A stretch of DNA of 64,000 bases from a bacterium (GCA_032250835.1 JAVVEA010000008.1:1-64000); one strand, 5' to 3'; numbered from the stretch's first letter, positions 39,401 through 48,567 are shown. Notes: generated by a model from the letters alone, not told the origin. Translations and numbers: made by a program.

Positions 39401-40162
39401 GACCGAAACGCAGACCTCCTTAAATTCCCTTAACCAATCTAAGGTCGGCCTCAGGCGTTGCCGGGCGGCACCGGTTGTCTGGCGGTGCAGCGCTTGGAGT
39501 TGAACGCTGGCTAGGTCGAGGCTTTTTTCTAAGAGGGCCAATTGTTCAGACTGCCCGGTGGTGAGGAACAACTCCATGCGCAGGTCGATGGAATCAAAGT
39601 TCCGCGCGAATTGGTCCAACTCGTTGGCCAAGGCCGCTTGGCCTTGTTTGCGCGTCAAGGCCGAGGCCGCTTCAGTTGATTCTAGTAACTTCTGGTGTAA
39701 GTCATGCCCGTTGGCTTGGTACGCCATTTGGGCCGGGAGGTTTTCCGGTTGGTGGGCTAGCTCCTCGGCCTGGGCTTGTAAGGTATGGAGTTGAGCCAGT
39801 AACCCAATCAGAAGGTCTAGGTTGTGGCTGATCTCGACCTCATCGGCTTGGGTCAGCTCCCGTAACCGACGAAAGGACGGGAAAATCCCTTCGCGCCAGA
39901 TGCTGTTGCGTTCTACCCGGAATTCATGGTTTTGCTCAGAGATGTAGTGTTGTAGAATCACCGCACTCTGGTAGACGCCCCGGTCGATGTGGTCTAAGGA
40001 CTCCATCCGGGGCTGGCTGATCAAAGCCAACTTGTGGGTCGACGAGCGCAGCGCATAGCTGGTAGCCAAGGTGATCAGCAGCAACACCACGCCCAGCAAG
40101 GCAATGCTCAAGTGGCTGGTGAGGAGTTGCTTTTTGAGACTGGTACGTTTTTTAGGGGGCAT
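36404..40162 (-). CDS. Hybrid sensor histidine kinase (TM-HAMP-PAS-HisKA-HATPase-REC-REC-HPt)
   Basis: FLANISHEIRTPMNG, NLIGNAIKFT, GTGLG, two receivers and HPt HRLKG; FixL-like PAS; probable start 40162. Confidence 0.92.
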   Translation of the reverse strand: MPPKKRTSLKKQLLTSHLSIALLGVVLLLITLATSYALRSSTHKLALISQPRMESLDHIDRGVYQSAVILQHYISEQNHEFRVERNSIWREGIFPSFRRLRELTQADEVEISHNLDLLIGLLAQLHTLQAQAEELAHQPENLPAQMAYQANGHDLHQKLLESTEAASALTRKQGQAALANELDQFARNFDSIDLRMELFLTTGQSEQLALLEKSLDLASVQLQALHRQTTGAARQRLRPTLDWLREFKEVCVSVMDERGQPTWNQTMHLQTEQLRPLEAQLTAQIRILDGLLGAEIEADAANATWVSNLSMVLTLVLIVVMLVSAVVFSMRKSAAITRPVRKLARASEAFAAGNLGDDIPVESNDELGDLTQTFNQMKNSLVESYGRFRAIVDTAVDGIITIDQKGIIESFNKAAENLTGYRESEALGRNVSILMPMPDAKFHDDYLEAYLRTGKQKVIGKGRELNMKHKDGSLRPVFLSVSETRFAGEMIFTGLLRDIRDQKALETNLISAKEEAQVANKLKSAFLANISHEIRTPMNGILGMTELALETDLTPNQRRYIQAANGGAKALLKLLNDILDLSKMEGAHMDLEQIDFNIEQLMEDTMETLSLDAQKKGLDFILHIAPQVPAFVNGDPTRIRQILVNLIGNAIKFTHEGEVIISVTEKERSEKNLTLAFAVKDTGIGIPKDRLARVFDSFTQTDGSTTRKYGGTGLGTTIAKQLVELMGGKLWVESVETEGTTFFFNITLNLPQSEHEERGNHIQDLHLRQVLVIDDNAANLTAFKDMLSSWDLAPSLADSAESARKILSRRDKPFDLLMIDVQMPETDGITLANQIKQIPGYSDCPVIFLFSFITPQHQKALADLGEPLFLFKPVKREELKERLLEADQRRHPLTQAASRPEATKVRSRNFTSAPKVLVVEDDPTNRLLVQTRLKSKKMMITIAKNGLEAVELFKSKDFDLILMDLQMPELNGYEASLKIRELEGIRPEGRVPILALSASDEGEVAQAVRDAGMDGQCPKPLDFDRLYREIDRLLGHPQMGQDEIEATEANAGLAGKHLIGLDLAQGLSRWGDSQKAYLDALSNFLRNHQGTALQLRSLAENREFAELSKLGHRLKGTAGNISANALAQAAKELEEGAASLDPNRLPAYAEAVATRLGEVITSIQGLLAEHGTSKANESYGPADVEAARRKLKQLGSIIERGEAISADRVAHEALSLLGDHPAAYIVMEMIEHIDNFDLDKAAENLETVIDSL

Positions 40163-40242
40163 CAACGGGCCTAGAAGGGTTGGATTTGACTGAGCATAAC
40201 CTGTTGGTCCATCCTTGAAAAGTATAACCAAACTATTGAGGT

Positions 40243-40953
40243 GTGAACTTGTCAGAAGGATTGGAGTTTTTGGCCAAACGTGGCCTGATGCGGGTTGCTA
40301 GCTTTAATAGGGACCACCTACCGCCCGAGGTGGCGGGCTATTTTACCGATCTCCCAGCTGGCGGGACCTTGATCCTGATCGGCCACGGCGGGCAACTGTT
40401 TTGGCAGATGGCGCGGGCCCATTGGCCTGAGGGTAAGGACCCAATCGACCGGCTTTCAAAGCGCTGGGGCGAGCGTTTTGCCGCCTTAGAAGGCTTGAGC
40501 GAGCCGCGTATTCTCTTTCCCTTCGGCGAGACCCGCCGTCCCCTGTTGTCCCTCGCCCGGCTGATGGGCATGGGTTTTACCTCGCCTTTGGGGATGACCA
40601 TTGACCCAGAATTTGGGCTTTGGACGGCGCTGCGTTGTCTGATCTGGACCCCCGATTCCTTTGAGGCCCCGACCCAGCCGCAGCAAGCGCACCCCTGCGA
40701 AGACTGTGGCCCAAAGCCCTGCTTGGCGGCTTGTCCGGTGCAAGCGCCCCAGTGGCCCGGTGAGATGTTGCGGGATGTTTGTGTAGATGAGCGGACCCGA
40801 GAGGGGTCCGATTGCGCGCGGGCCTGCCTCTCAAGGCTGGCTTGCCCGCTCGCCGAAGAGCACCGTTATCTTCAAGAACAGCGCGACTATCACGGCGGCA
40901 TTTCCTTGGCGACCATCTCGGCCTGGAAACAGGCCAGCCAAGGCAAAGCCTAA
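40243..40953 (+). CDS. Fe-S protein of the QueG/CblC-like superfamily (function uncertain)
   Basis: IDPEFGLWTALR followed by CEDC..KPCLAACP and C...C..RLACP. Confidence 0.6.
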   Translation: MNLSEGLEFLAKRGLMRVASFNRDHLPPEVAGYFTDLPAGGTLILIGHGGQLFWQMARAHWPEGKDPIDRLSKRWGERFAALEGLSEPRILFPFGETRRPLLSLARLMGMGFTSPLGMTIDPEFGLWTALRCLIWTPDSFEAPTQPQQAHPCEDCGPKPCLAACPVQAPQWPGEMLRDVCVDERTREGSDCARACLSRLACPLAEEHRYLQEQRDYHGGISLATISAWKQASQGKA

Positions 40954-40990
40954 GCGCACTCTGGGCTAGTGACCCCTTGGACGGATTGGT

Positions 40991-41830
40991 TTATGTACCT
41001 TCCGTCTCTCGCGGGGGATGCAGGGCCCTCAGTTCATCCTCCCCTTCCCCACTCAGCAGCAAGACCACCCACCCGATCATCGGTCCTTTGTCTTTCGGGC
41101 CGCTTTTGGCGATCAGCCGGGGGAGGGCGGTTGGGGCTTCAGGGCTGATTTTGTTTTTTAAGGCCCCCATCCGCCTTTTGCAGGAACCAGATGCACGCAA
41201 AGGCCCCCGATCCGCTTGTTGTAGCCGTTGAAGGGGTGGTTTTTGACGACGAAATAAAGCCGGTTCGCCGCCTTTTCTTCAACCCTAGGGTAGGCATCTT
41301 ACCCGAAGGCCGACTGGAAGACGCTCCCCAAAATCCCGCTTAAAGCCCCCTGGGTTTTTTCTTGAGCAAACAGAGCGGTGGCGTGGTTTTTCTGGACCAG
41401 TTCGGCCTCAAACACCTCCACCGCCCGGTAGAGTTCCTCTGCCTCTAGGGGGATGGTCGTTAGGCACTTACCTTGGCAGGGTAGTTGCTCTTCATCGTAG
41501 GCTTTTAAAGAAAACCAAGTCTGGGCAAAGGCCGCCACTAGGGAAAACAGGTCGCCCGGCCCCATCGCTTGGCTGCCCGCGCTCCGCCGCCTTAAGTCCT
41601 CCACCGCCGCCAGAAAGGCCCGTTGGTTTTGCTCGATCCGTGCCGGGTTGATCCTGTACTCTGCGGTGATGTGTTGCTTTAGGGTCTGGGTGGCCCATTG
41701 CCGGAACTTGGTGGCCCTTTTTGAGTTGACTCGATAACCCACCGAGAGGATCGCATCTAAGTTGTAGTGGTTCGTTAAATAGCTCTTGCCATCGGAGGCG
41801 GTTATCCGGAATTTCCGGACAGAGGTTTCC
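40991..41830 (-). pseudogene. RhuM-Fic/Doc fusion pseudogene
   Basis: RhuM motif YNLDAILSVGYRVNSKRATKFRQWA; in-frame TAA at 41299-41301, read-through gives EEKAANRLYFVVKNHPFNGYNKR (decayed HPFxDGNKR), then frameshifts; 5' part missing. Confidence 0.8.
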
Positions 41831-41928
41831 GGCCCAGGAGAGGTCTGGGGTGGTCGCGGCTTTATGGGTGCGGTTTGCTTGGCGGCCAAGCTGCTTGACA
41901 AAAGGGGGCAGATATTTCATCCTGCTTT

Positions 41929-41952
41929 TATAGGGTAGGGGGCTACCCTATA
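41929..41952. promoter_or_regulatory. CsoR/RcnR-type operator
   Basis: Perfect inverted repeat TATAGGGTAG-GGGG-CTACCCTATA just upstream of the repressor gene; TTGACA at 41895 and TATAAT at 41951. Confidence 0.75.
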
Positions 41953-41967
41953 TAATAGGAGTCCAGC

Positions 41968-42261
41968 ATGCCCGCACCGACCAAAACACACCATCACGCC
42001 AACCCAGAGACCAAAGCCAAGGTCATCAGTCGGTTAAAGAAGATTGAGGGGCAGGTGCGCGCCCTGTCCAAGATGGTCGAAGAGGATGTTTATTGTGATG
42101 AAGTGCTCAATCTATTCGCTTCGGTTAAGGCGGCACTAAACGGGGCTAGGGATGTGGTGCTCGAAGACCACGTTGGGCATTGCCTAGCCGAACAAATGCA
42201 AACCGACCCGAATAAAGCCACGGCGGAGCTGATGCACCTCATCAAGAAGGTTTCGACTTGA
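41968..42261 (+). CDS. CsoR/RcnR family metal-sensing repressor
   Basis: RLKKIEGQV, YCDEVL and HVGHC; N-terminal His cluster. Confidence 0.9.
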   Translation: MPAPTKTHHHANPETKAKVISRLKKIEGQVRALSKMVEEDVYCDEVLNLFASVKAALNGARDVVLEDHVGHCLAEQMQTDPNKATAELMHLIKKVST

Positions 42262-42302
42262 GGGCTTTAGCCCCCAAAGGAACTCCAAAACAAAGGACCG
42301 CG

Positions 42303-43250
42303 ATGGATTCTTACGATCCCGAGCTTTGGGAACACGACCACGGCTACCGCATTGACGATGGCAGCAACGAGCGGCGGACATCATTAGTGGTGGTCTTGAC
42401 GGTAGTGACCATGGCCGCCGAAATCGCGGCAGGTTACCTCTTTGGTTCCATGGCGTTACTGGCCGACGGCTGGCACATGGGTACCCACGCGACGGCCCTA
42501 GGCATAGCTGTTTTTGCCTATAGGTATGCCCGCAACCACAAGGACGACCGGCGCTTCAGCTTCGGTACCGGCAAGGTGGGCTCCCTGGGCGGTTTTGGTA
42601 GTTCCATTCTTTTAGGCGTGGTGGCCTTGTCGGTGGTCTACGAGTCGGTCGAGCGGCTGATCACTCCCCGGCCCATCCATTATACGGAATCCATTCTGGT
42701 GGCCCTGTTGGGATTGCTGGTCAACTTGGTCAGTGCCTTCATCTTGCGCGACCATCATGACCACCACGACCACCACCCTGGGCAGGAACAGGACCACGGA
42801 CCGGCCCACAGCCACCAGCACGACCACAACATGCGGGCCGCCTATCTTCATGTGGTAGCCGATGCTTTGACCTCGGTCTTGGCCATTGTGGCGCTCCTGG
42901 CTGGGAAATATTTTGGCTGGGCCTTTATGGACCCAGTCATGGGATTGGTTGGTTCGGTGCTGATTGCGCGGTGGGCGGTGATCTTGGCCCGCGAGTCGGG
43001 TGCCGTGCTGCTCGACAGCAGCGTAGACCTGGACTTGATCCAAGAAATCAAAGAAGAGATCGAGCGGTTTGACGACCACCGCGTTTCGGACTTACATGTC
43101 TGGAAAATCGGTACAAAACAATTGGCCGCCATTGTGTCGGTGGTCACGCAACATCCCAAACCACCGGAATATTTTAAGGGCATCCTCGCCAAATACCCAC
43201 GCATCGTGCATCTGGCGGTGGAAGTCAATTCGGGCGAGCGGCTCTTATGA
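42303..43250 (+). CDS. dmeF: CDF family Co/Ni efflux transporter (DmeF-like)
   Basis: GSMALLADGWHMGTH, His-rich loop and AAYLHVVADALTS. Confidence 0.85.
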   Translation: MDSYDPELWEHDHGYRIDDGSNERRTSLVVVLTVVTMAAEIAAGYLFGSMALLADGWHMGTHATALGIAVFAYRYARNHKDDRRFSFGTGKVGSLGGFGSSILLGVVALSVVYESVERLITPRPIHYTESILVALLGLLVNLVSAFILRDHHDHHDHHPGQEQDHGPAHSHQHDHNMRAAYLHVVADALTSVLAIVALLAGKYFGWAFMDPVMGLVGSVLIARWAVILARESGAVLLDSSVDLDLIQEIKEEIERFDDHRVSDLHVWKIGTKQLAAIVSVVTQHPKPPEYFKGILAKYPRIVHLAVEVNSGERLL

Positions 43251-43704
43251 GAAACCCCTTCGAAAGCGTCTGCCGCCGCTTCCTGCAAAGTTGGCCAGCT
43301 GGCCAAGGAGCTTCGCATCAAACAAACCCAACCCTTTGCCTTGAGATTGCTTTGACCGCCAAAGACCCCCAATTGATTTGGGGGCTCTATTTCAGCCTGC
43401 TCTGTGCGGCAGGTTGGCTTTTTTGTCCGCCGGTTTCCAACCATTTGGTGGACCGGCCCCAGGGCACCCCTATTGCTTTCGAAGACGACCACCAACATGA
43501 ATCCCCGCAAGAGCACAACGACCGCTCGAAGCGAAAGCGGCTTTCCTTCCTGTGGCCTCCACTTGCGGCCCCCAAAGCCGATTGGGCTGGATAAGAAGGC
43601 GTGCGTACCAACTCCTTCCAGCTGGGTTACCGATCGTCCTGCTTCATTAGCCTCGTTTTCCGGTACCCCACACAAATTCACGATACCTTAGTTTAGGAGA
43701 CTCC

Positions 43705-44502
43705 ATGCTTGGATGGTTTGTTGGTGATGCCCAGGCGCATGGCATTTCGCCCGAAGCGATCAAAAACATGATCGACGGCGGTTATGCCGCCTACATTGGC
43801 CTGGGTGCCGAACACATGCTGACGGGATACGATCACTTACTCTTTTTGTTCGGGGTGATCTTTTTCCTTTACCGCTTCAAGGATGTCTTGAAGTTTATTT
43901 CGGCCTTCACGCTAGGCCACAGCGTCACCTTGATTCTCGCTACCTTCTTAGGGATCAAGGCCAACGCTTATCTGATCGATGCGGTGATTGCCCTGACGGT
44001 GATCTACAAAGGATTCGAGAACCTTGACGGGTTTAAACGGTATCTCGACCTCAAAGTGCCCAATTTGCTAAGCATGGTGTTTCTTTTTGGTCTGATCCAC
44101 GGCTTCGGCCTTTCGACGCGCCTACAGCAATTGCCGCTGGATTTCGAGCCCTTGGAGTTGCTGGGGCGTATCGTCGCCTTCAACGTCGGGGTCGAACTGG
44201 GCCAGATCACGGCTTTGGCGGTGATGATCGTCTTGATCAGCATGTGGCGGCATTCGTCCAGCTTTAGGAAATTCAGCCGATTATCGAACCTGGCGTTGGT
44301 TTTTGTCGGTTTCTTGCTGTTCATGATGCAGGTCCATGGCTACCAACACACAGCCCAGCCGGACGATTTCGGTTTTTCTGAAGACAACCACTACCACGCC
44401 CATGAGAAGATAGATCAACAGGAGTCCAGGGATAAAGGAATCCCGGAGCCATACCGCAAGTCCTTCTTCGAACGGAAAGTCCAACAACCCATAATGGAAT
44501 AG
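43705..44502 (+). CDS. HupE/UreJ family membrane protein
   Basis: HMLTGYDHLLFL, AFTLGHSVTL, GLIHGFG and FNVGVELGQ. Confidence 0.88.
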   Translation: MLGWFVGDAQAHGISPEAIKNMIDGGYAAYIGLGAEHMLTGYDHLLFLFGVIFFLYRFKDVLKFISAFTLGHSVTLILATFLGIKANAYLIDAVIALTVIYKGFENLDGFKRYLDLKVPNLLSMVFLFGLIHGFGLSTRLQQLPLDFEPLELLGRIVAFNVGVELGQITALAVMIVLISMWRHSSSFRKFSRLSNLALVFVGFLLFMMQVHGYQHTAQPDDFGFSEDNHYHAHEKIDQQESRDKGIPEPYRKSFFERKVQQPIME

Positions 44503-44506
44503 CGCG

Positions 44507-44875
44507 ATGCAAACCAGAAGAAACTTAGTTCAGTTATTGATGATAGGGCTTTTTGCCTTCCTCTTGATCCCGGCGGCCTTTGCCCACGGCGGCCACGGAC
44601 AGCCCGATCCGCTCTCGAAAGCCGAGTTGGGGGAGCTGGCAAAGGAATACCTGAATCGATTGGTGGACGAAGGTTACCCTGTGGTTGGAAAAGCCCTGGG
44701 TGCCGAATGGAAGAACGTCGACTCTTCGAAGGTGGAGGTCCAGGTGCTGAAGTTCGGCTTTTATCAAGTTCAGGCCCAGCACCCCAAAGGGGGCGAAAAA
44801 ATTTACCTACTGATCAACCCGAACGGTCAGTTGAGTGACATCAATTTTAAAGGGGATTTCGGCGCTCTGAAATGA
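44507..44875 (+). CDS. Small exported protein with an N-terminal His motif (putative metal-binding)
   Basis: Signal peptide cleaved before HGGHG; directly after the hupE-like gene. Confidence 0.7.
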   Translation: MQTRRNLVQLLMIGLFAFLLIPAAFAHGGHGQPDPLSKAELGELAKEYLNRLVDEGYPVVGKALGAEWKNVDSSKVEVQVLKFGFYQVQAQHPKGGEKIYLLINPNGQLSDINFKGDFGALK

Positions 44876-44877
44876 AG

Positions 44878-44904
44878 CCGCCTTCCCCGTACGGGGAAGG
44901 TGGT
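44878..44904 (+). terminator. Stem-loop ending the metal islet
   Basis: ccgccttcccc-gtac-ggggaaggtgg. Confidence 0.5.
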
Positions 44905-45158
44905 GAATCCCTTAAGCTTTTGTTTTGTTGTTTCGTTCGGTGGAATTGTTGGCACCGCCTCGATCTCCTCTTGGGGGATGCGGGGGCCTCAGGTAATTTG
45001 AAGGGATGGGACAGCTTTTGTGCGCCTCAATTGGCTCGGGGCTTAAGCCGCTCGCGATAGGGGGAGCCCTTATCCAGTCAAGCTTTGGGTAGCGTCAGAG
45101 CCTTTGACTCAATCCAAGGCGGCAATTGAGGGCCGGTCTAACCGCCGAACCCAAGCCG

Positions 45159-45899
45159 CTAGTAGTTGATCACCCCAACTTTGAGCTCAAAGAGCCAGTC
45201 GATGAAGCGGCCCACTTGGTCGCCTTGGTAGATCAGTCCATGCTGCGGGCAGAGCATATCGGGCTCTAATTCGGCCACCCGCTCGCACCATTGGTTTTTA
45301 TGTTCGTTAGAGCCAAACCAGCGCTTGTGGAAGCCTTCAATCAAGGGGATGTGTTTGTCAAAATCCGTCACAAAAGGGCTGTCGGCGTCATCGGTAATCA
45401 AGGCCGCGCCGGTATCCCCGGTGAAGAGGATCTTGGCTTCAGCGTCCCAGAGGTGGAAGTTGCCAGAGCTGTGCATAAAATGAGCAGGGATCGCCTGAAG
45501 GTTGAGGCCGTTCAGGTTGATCAACGTGCCTTCGTCGGGGATCAGTTCAAAGTTTTCCCGCTCCCCGCCAAAGTGCAGCATAAAGCCGATCCAAATCTTG
45601 GGCAGAAAGATTTTTAAGTCCGGGCGCATCTGAAGCCAAAGGGCCAGAGAGCTGAAAATATCGGGGTCCTGGTGGGTGCAGAAAACTCGGTCAATTTCGG
45701 CTAGGTTGGTGATCTCGGCCATAGCCGAGATGATCTCAGGGAAGACCTCGGTGCCGCCGGGGTCGGTCAACATTACCTTGGTCCCATGTTGGATTAAATA
45801 TTCTTTGGTGCCGATCAGGTGCTTAGGCCGGTGTTTGTCTTGGAAGAGACAATACCATTTGTGTTCGCCCTTCTCGTAAAAAGCCTCAAATCGCTTCAT
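45159..45899 (-). CDS. ODP-like di-iron metallo-beta-lactamase-fold protein (paralog B)
   Basis: DPGG, THQDPDI, AHFMHSSGN, FTGD and PQHG; no flavodoxin domain; start 45899. Confidence 0.8.
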   Translation of the reverse strand: MKRFEAFYEKGEHKWYCLFQDKHRPKHLIGTKEYLIQHGTKVMLTDPGGTEVFPEIISAMAEITNLAEIDRVFCTHQDPDIFSSLALWLQMRPDLKIFLPKIWIGFMLHFGGERENFELIPDEGTLINLNGLNLQAIPAHFMHSSGNFHLWDAEAKILFTGDTGAALITDDADSPFVTDFDKHIPLIEGFHKRWFGSNEHKNQWCERVAELEPDMLCPQHGLIYQGDQVGRFIDWLFELKVGVINY

Positions 45900-46654
45900 A
45901 CCGTTAGTCCCTTGTTGCTGGTGGTGCCCACGTTTAGGGCGCGGAACCATTGCAAAAATTGTTTGACCTGAGGGCCTACATAGATGGCTCCGTGCTGCGG
46001 GCAGAGCAATTCGATGTCCATGGCCAAGGCGCGGTCGCACCACTCGTTTTTGTGGGCATTAGAGCCGAACCAGCGCCGGTGGAAGTATTCAATGTTAGGC
46101 ACATGGGCTTCAAAGTCTTCGACAAACAGCCTGCGCTGGTTGTCGGGCACTAGGGCCGCACCTACGTCGCCAGAGAAGTAGATTTTAGACGCCGGGTCAT
46201 AGAGGTGGAAGTTGCCAGCTGAGTGGCAATGGTGCGCCGGGACGACCTGTAATTTGTAGCCGTTAAATTCTAGAATCTGCCCCTTGTCTTCAATGGCAAT
46301 GTAGGTCTCGTCGGTGCCGCCAAAATGGGGCACAAAGCTCTTCCAAAGCCAGGAAATGTAACATTTGATTTCCGGGTTGATCTTCTGCCAGAGCGAAAGC
46401 GAACTGGCAATGTCCGGGTCCTGGTGGCTGGCGAAGACAAACTTGAGGTCCTTGGAGGGATCAATCAATTGCACTAGCGTGCTAAACACCGCCGGGAAGA
46501 TCGCGAAGCCCCCCGGGTCCAGCAGCATATGCTGGTCACCAACGCTGATCAGGTATTCGTTGGAGTCTAAGACATGTTCGTTTTTGTCGGGGTCTTGGTA
46601 GATAACGGTCCAGCGACGGTCGCCGCGCTCATAGAGAACATGGTGTTTCTTCAT
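45896..46654 (-). CDS. ODP-like di-iron metallo-beta-lactamase-fold protein (paralog A)
   Basis: DPGG, SHQDPDI, AHHCHSAGN, FSGD and PQHG. Confidence 0.8.
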   Translation of the reverse strand: MKKHHVLYERGDRRWTVIYQDPDKNEHVLDSNEYLISVGDQHMLLDPGGFAIFPAVFSTLVQLIDPSKDLKFVFASHQDPDIASSLSLWQKINPEIKCYISWLWKSFVPHFGGTDETYIAIEDKGQILEFNGYKLQVVPAHHCHSAGNFHLYDPASKIYFSGDVGAALVPDNQRRLFVEDFEAHVPNIEYFHRRWFGSNAHKNEWCDRALAMDIELLCPQHGAIYVGPQVKQFLQWFRALNVGTTSNKGLTV

Positions 46655-46657
46655 CGA

Positions 46658-47284
46658 CTAGACCCTTTCGGCGCTCATGTTGGCAAAGAGGCTTTGGATC
46701 ATATCGAACTCCGAACTGATCTGGTCGAGCAGTTCGAAGAGACGATCGATCGACTCTTGCATAGTTTCGGTGATGATACGGAATTTTTCTTCTGATCCGG
46801 CGATGTAGACCGCCTTGATTTTACCGCCGATAGCCATGGTTTTGCCGATGTTGACCAGCGCAATCAGGTTGTCTAAGGAGCGCGACATTTGGGAGGTGTT
46901 GCGCTTGAGTTCTAAAATGCTGTATTCGGTGATCGCATTCTTGACCTTAGATAAATAGGGGGCCAGACGTTTTTGCTGGCTGCTGGCGCGGTCGTAGAGG
47001 CCGTAAAAACGGGTCATGGTCAGGAGCTGGCCAAAGCTCTGGGCCGTATCGTCGAGGCATTTGAAGGCGGTGGCCCGGCCTAAGTGGGCCGCTTCGGTGA
47101 CGTTGGCCGACATGATCTGGATCTCCGAACTGAGCTTCATGAAAGAGTCGTTGTTCGCCTGTTTCGAGGCGATGCCTGCGTTGATGGCGATGAACTCTAA
47201 TGAAGCGCATTCCTCTACCAACTCATCATAGTGGTTGGCGATGGAGACGTAGTTGTTTGAGGCCTGGCGCAATTCCTGAAGCAT
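46658..47284 (-). CDS. Small soluble MCP-signalling-like helical protein
   Basis: LEFIAINAGIASKQA...FMKLSSEI resembles the MCP tip LALNAAIEAARAG..F.VVA.EV; no transmembrane segment. Confidence 0.6.
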   Translation of the reverse strand: MLQELRQASNNYVSIANHYDELVEECASLEFIAINAGIASKQANNDSFMKLSSEIQIMSANVTEAAHLGRATAFKCLDDTAQSFGQLLTMTRFYGLYDRASSQQKRLAPYLSKVKNAITEYSILELKRNTSQMSRSLDNLIALVNIGKTMAIGGKIKAVYIAGSEEKFRIITETMQESIDRLFELLDQISSEFDMIQSLFANMSAERV

Positions 47285-47376
47285 CGGGCGGTATTGTGTG
47301 GGTTACGGTTCGCTGCTGACAAGCTACCAACTGCGCTTCAAAACCGCAAGAATGAAAGGACTAGGCAAAATAGGAG

Positions 47377-48567
47377 TCAAGGGTTCTGGCTCAGTAATTG
47401 GCGCAACTGATCTGGCTGGTTGTGCTCTGGTGCTTCGAAAAGCGCTTCTAATAAGCGCCGCTGGGCGGCTCCCAGCGCTTTTCCTTGCAGGCCCATTTCC
47501 ATCAACGCCGCAGCGTCGAGCGCCAAATCTTTGATTTCCAGCGGGTCGCCAGCGGCCAAAATGGCTTGGATGGGGGCTAGTAGCGGTTGCTCAAATAATA
47601 CCTGGGCCGCCTGGGCCAAATCAGGGCGATCTTCTGCGGGAACTTGGGAAATGAAGGCGCGGAGCTTCGGGGTTTGCTCGGGAAGGAGCTCAGGAAAGCT
47701 GAGCAGCGCCTTGACCCGACGTTTTTCTTTTTTAGAAAGCCGCAAGTCTTCGGGCGCTTTGCTTTCGCCGCGCTCAAATGCCACCGCCCAGCCCAAGGCG
47801 GTTTGGTCCGGTAACACCAACAGCTTGGGGATTAAGTCTTGGTGCCCCTGGGGACTCAGGTGGGCTTTAAAGGGCTGCAGCGCCGTCAATTGTTCGGCCA
47901 AAAAATGGTTTGCTTTGCTGGCGTAGCGCCGCATCTTGCCTAATTCTTCATAGACCCGCTCTAAGGAAAGCACTTCGGGCAGAAAGGTCGCCTGGACTTC
48001 GGCCAACTCGGCGGGGTCGTAGCTAAAGCCTTGGGGCATCAGTCGCGCCAGCATCCGCAGATAGCGTAAAGCCCGCAAGTGGTCTTCGCGTACCCGCTGG
48101 CCCGCAGGACCCACGAAGCGGATGATTTTCTCTTGGAGGTCCACCAAGCCGCCTTCGGGGTCGCGGAATTCTCCGGTTAGGGGGTCAAAGGCAATGGCGT
48201 TGATCCGCAAGTCCCGGCGGCTTAAGTCTTCTTCGATGGTTTCGGCAAAGGAAATTTGGGCGTGCCGCCCGTCGGTGGCTACGTCGCGCCGGAAGCGGGT
48301 GACCTCAAAGGTTTGTTCCAATAAGCGGATCGTCAGGGTGCCGTGGTCCGGGCCGGTTTCAAAGACCTTGTGGAAGATGCGGCGGGTCGCCTCTAAGGGT
48401 GCATTGGTGGCCAAGTCAAAATCACCGGGGATTTCGCCGATCAAAAGGTCCCGCAGTGAGCCTCCGACTAACCAACATTGAAATCCAGCCTGGGCGTAGA
48501 GCTGGCAGACCTTTTCTAGGGGTCTTCGGCTGGGCTCGCTGAGCTGTTGGTAAAGAGACTTGATCAT
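47377..48567 (-). CDS. tRNA nucleotidyltransferase (CCA-adding / poly(A) polymerase family)
   Basis: VGGSLRD, DFDLAT, DLSRRDLRINAIA and EDHLRALR. Confidence 0.88.
   Translation of the reverse strand: MIKSLYQQLSEPSRRPLEKVCQLYAQAGFQCWLVGGSLRDLLIGEIPGDFDLATNAPLEATRRIFHKVFETGPDHGTLTIRLLEQTFEVTRFRRDVATDGRHAQISFAETIEEDLSRRDLRINAIAFDPLTGEFRDPEGGLVDLQEKIIRFVGPAGQRVREDHLRALRYLRMLARLMPQGFSYDPAELAEVQATFLPEVLSLERVYEELGKMRRYASKANHFLAEQLTALQPFKAHLSPQGHQDLIPKLLVLPDQTALGWAVAFERGESKAPEDLRLSKKEKRRVKALLSFPELLPEQTPKLRAFISQVPAEDRPDLAQAAQVLFEQPLLAPIQAILAAGDPLEIKDLALDAAALMEMGLQGKALGAAQRRLLEALFEAPEHNQPDQLRQLLSQNP

Noticed and set aside
43247-43594. 115-aa ORF between dmeF and the hupE-like gene
   Set aside because: Its start overlaps the dmeF stop, but there is no recognisable domain and several competing frames; not supportable.
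45159-46654. Flavodiiron (FprA) NO/O2 reductases or beta-lactamases
   Set aside because: No flavodoxin domain, and the motif is HQDPDI rather than HxExDH or HxHxDH.
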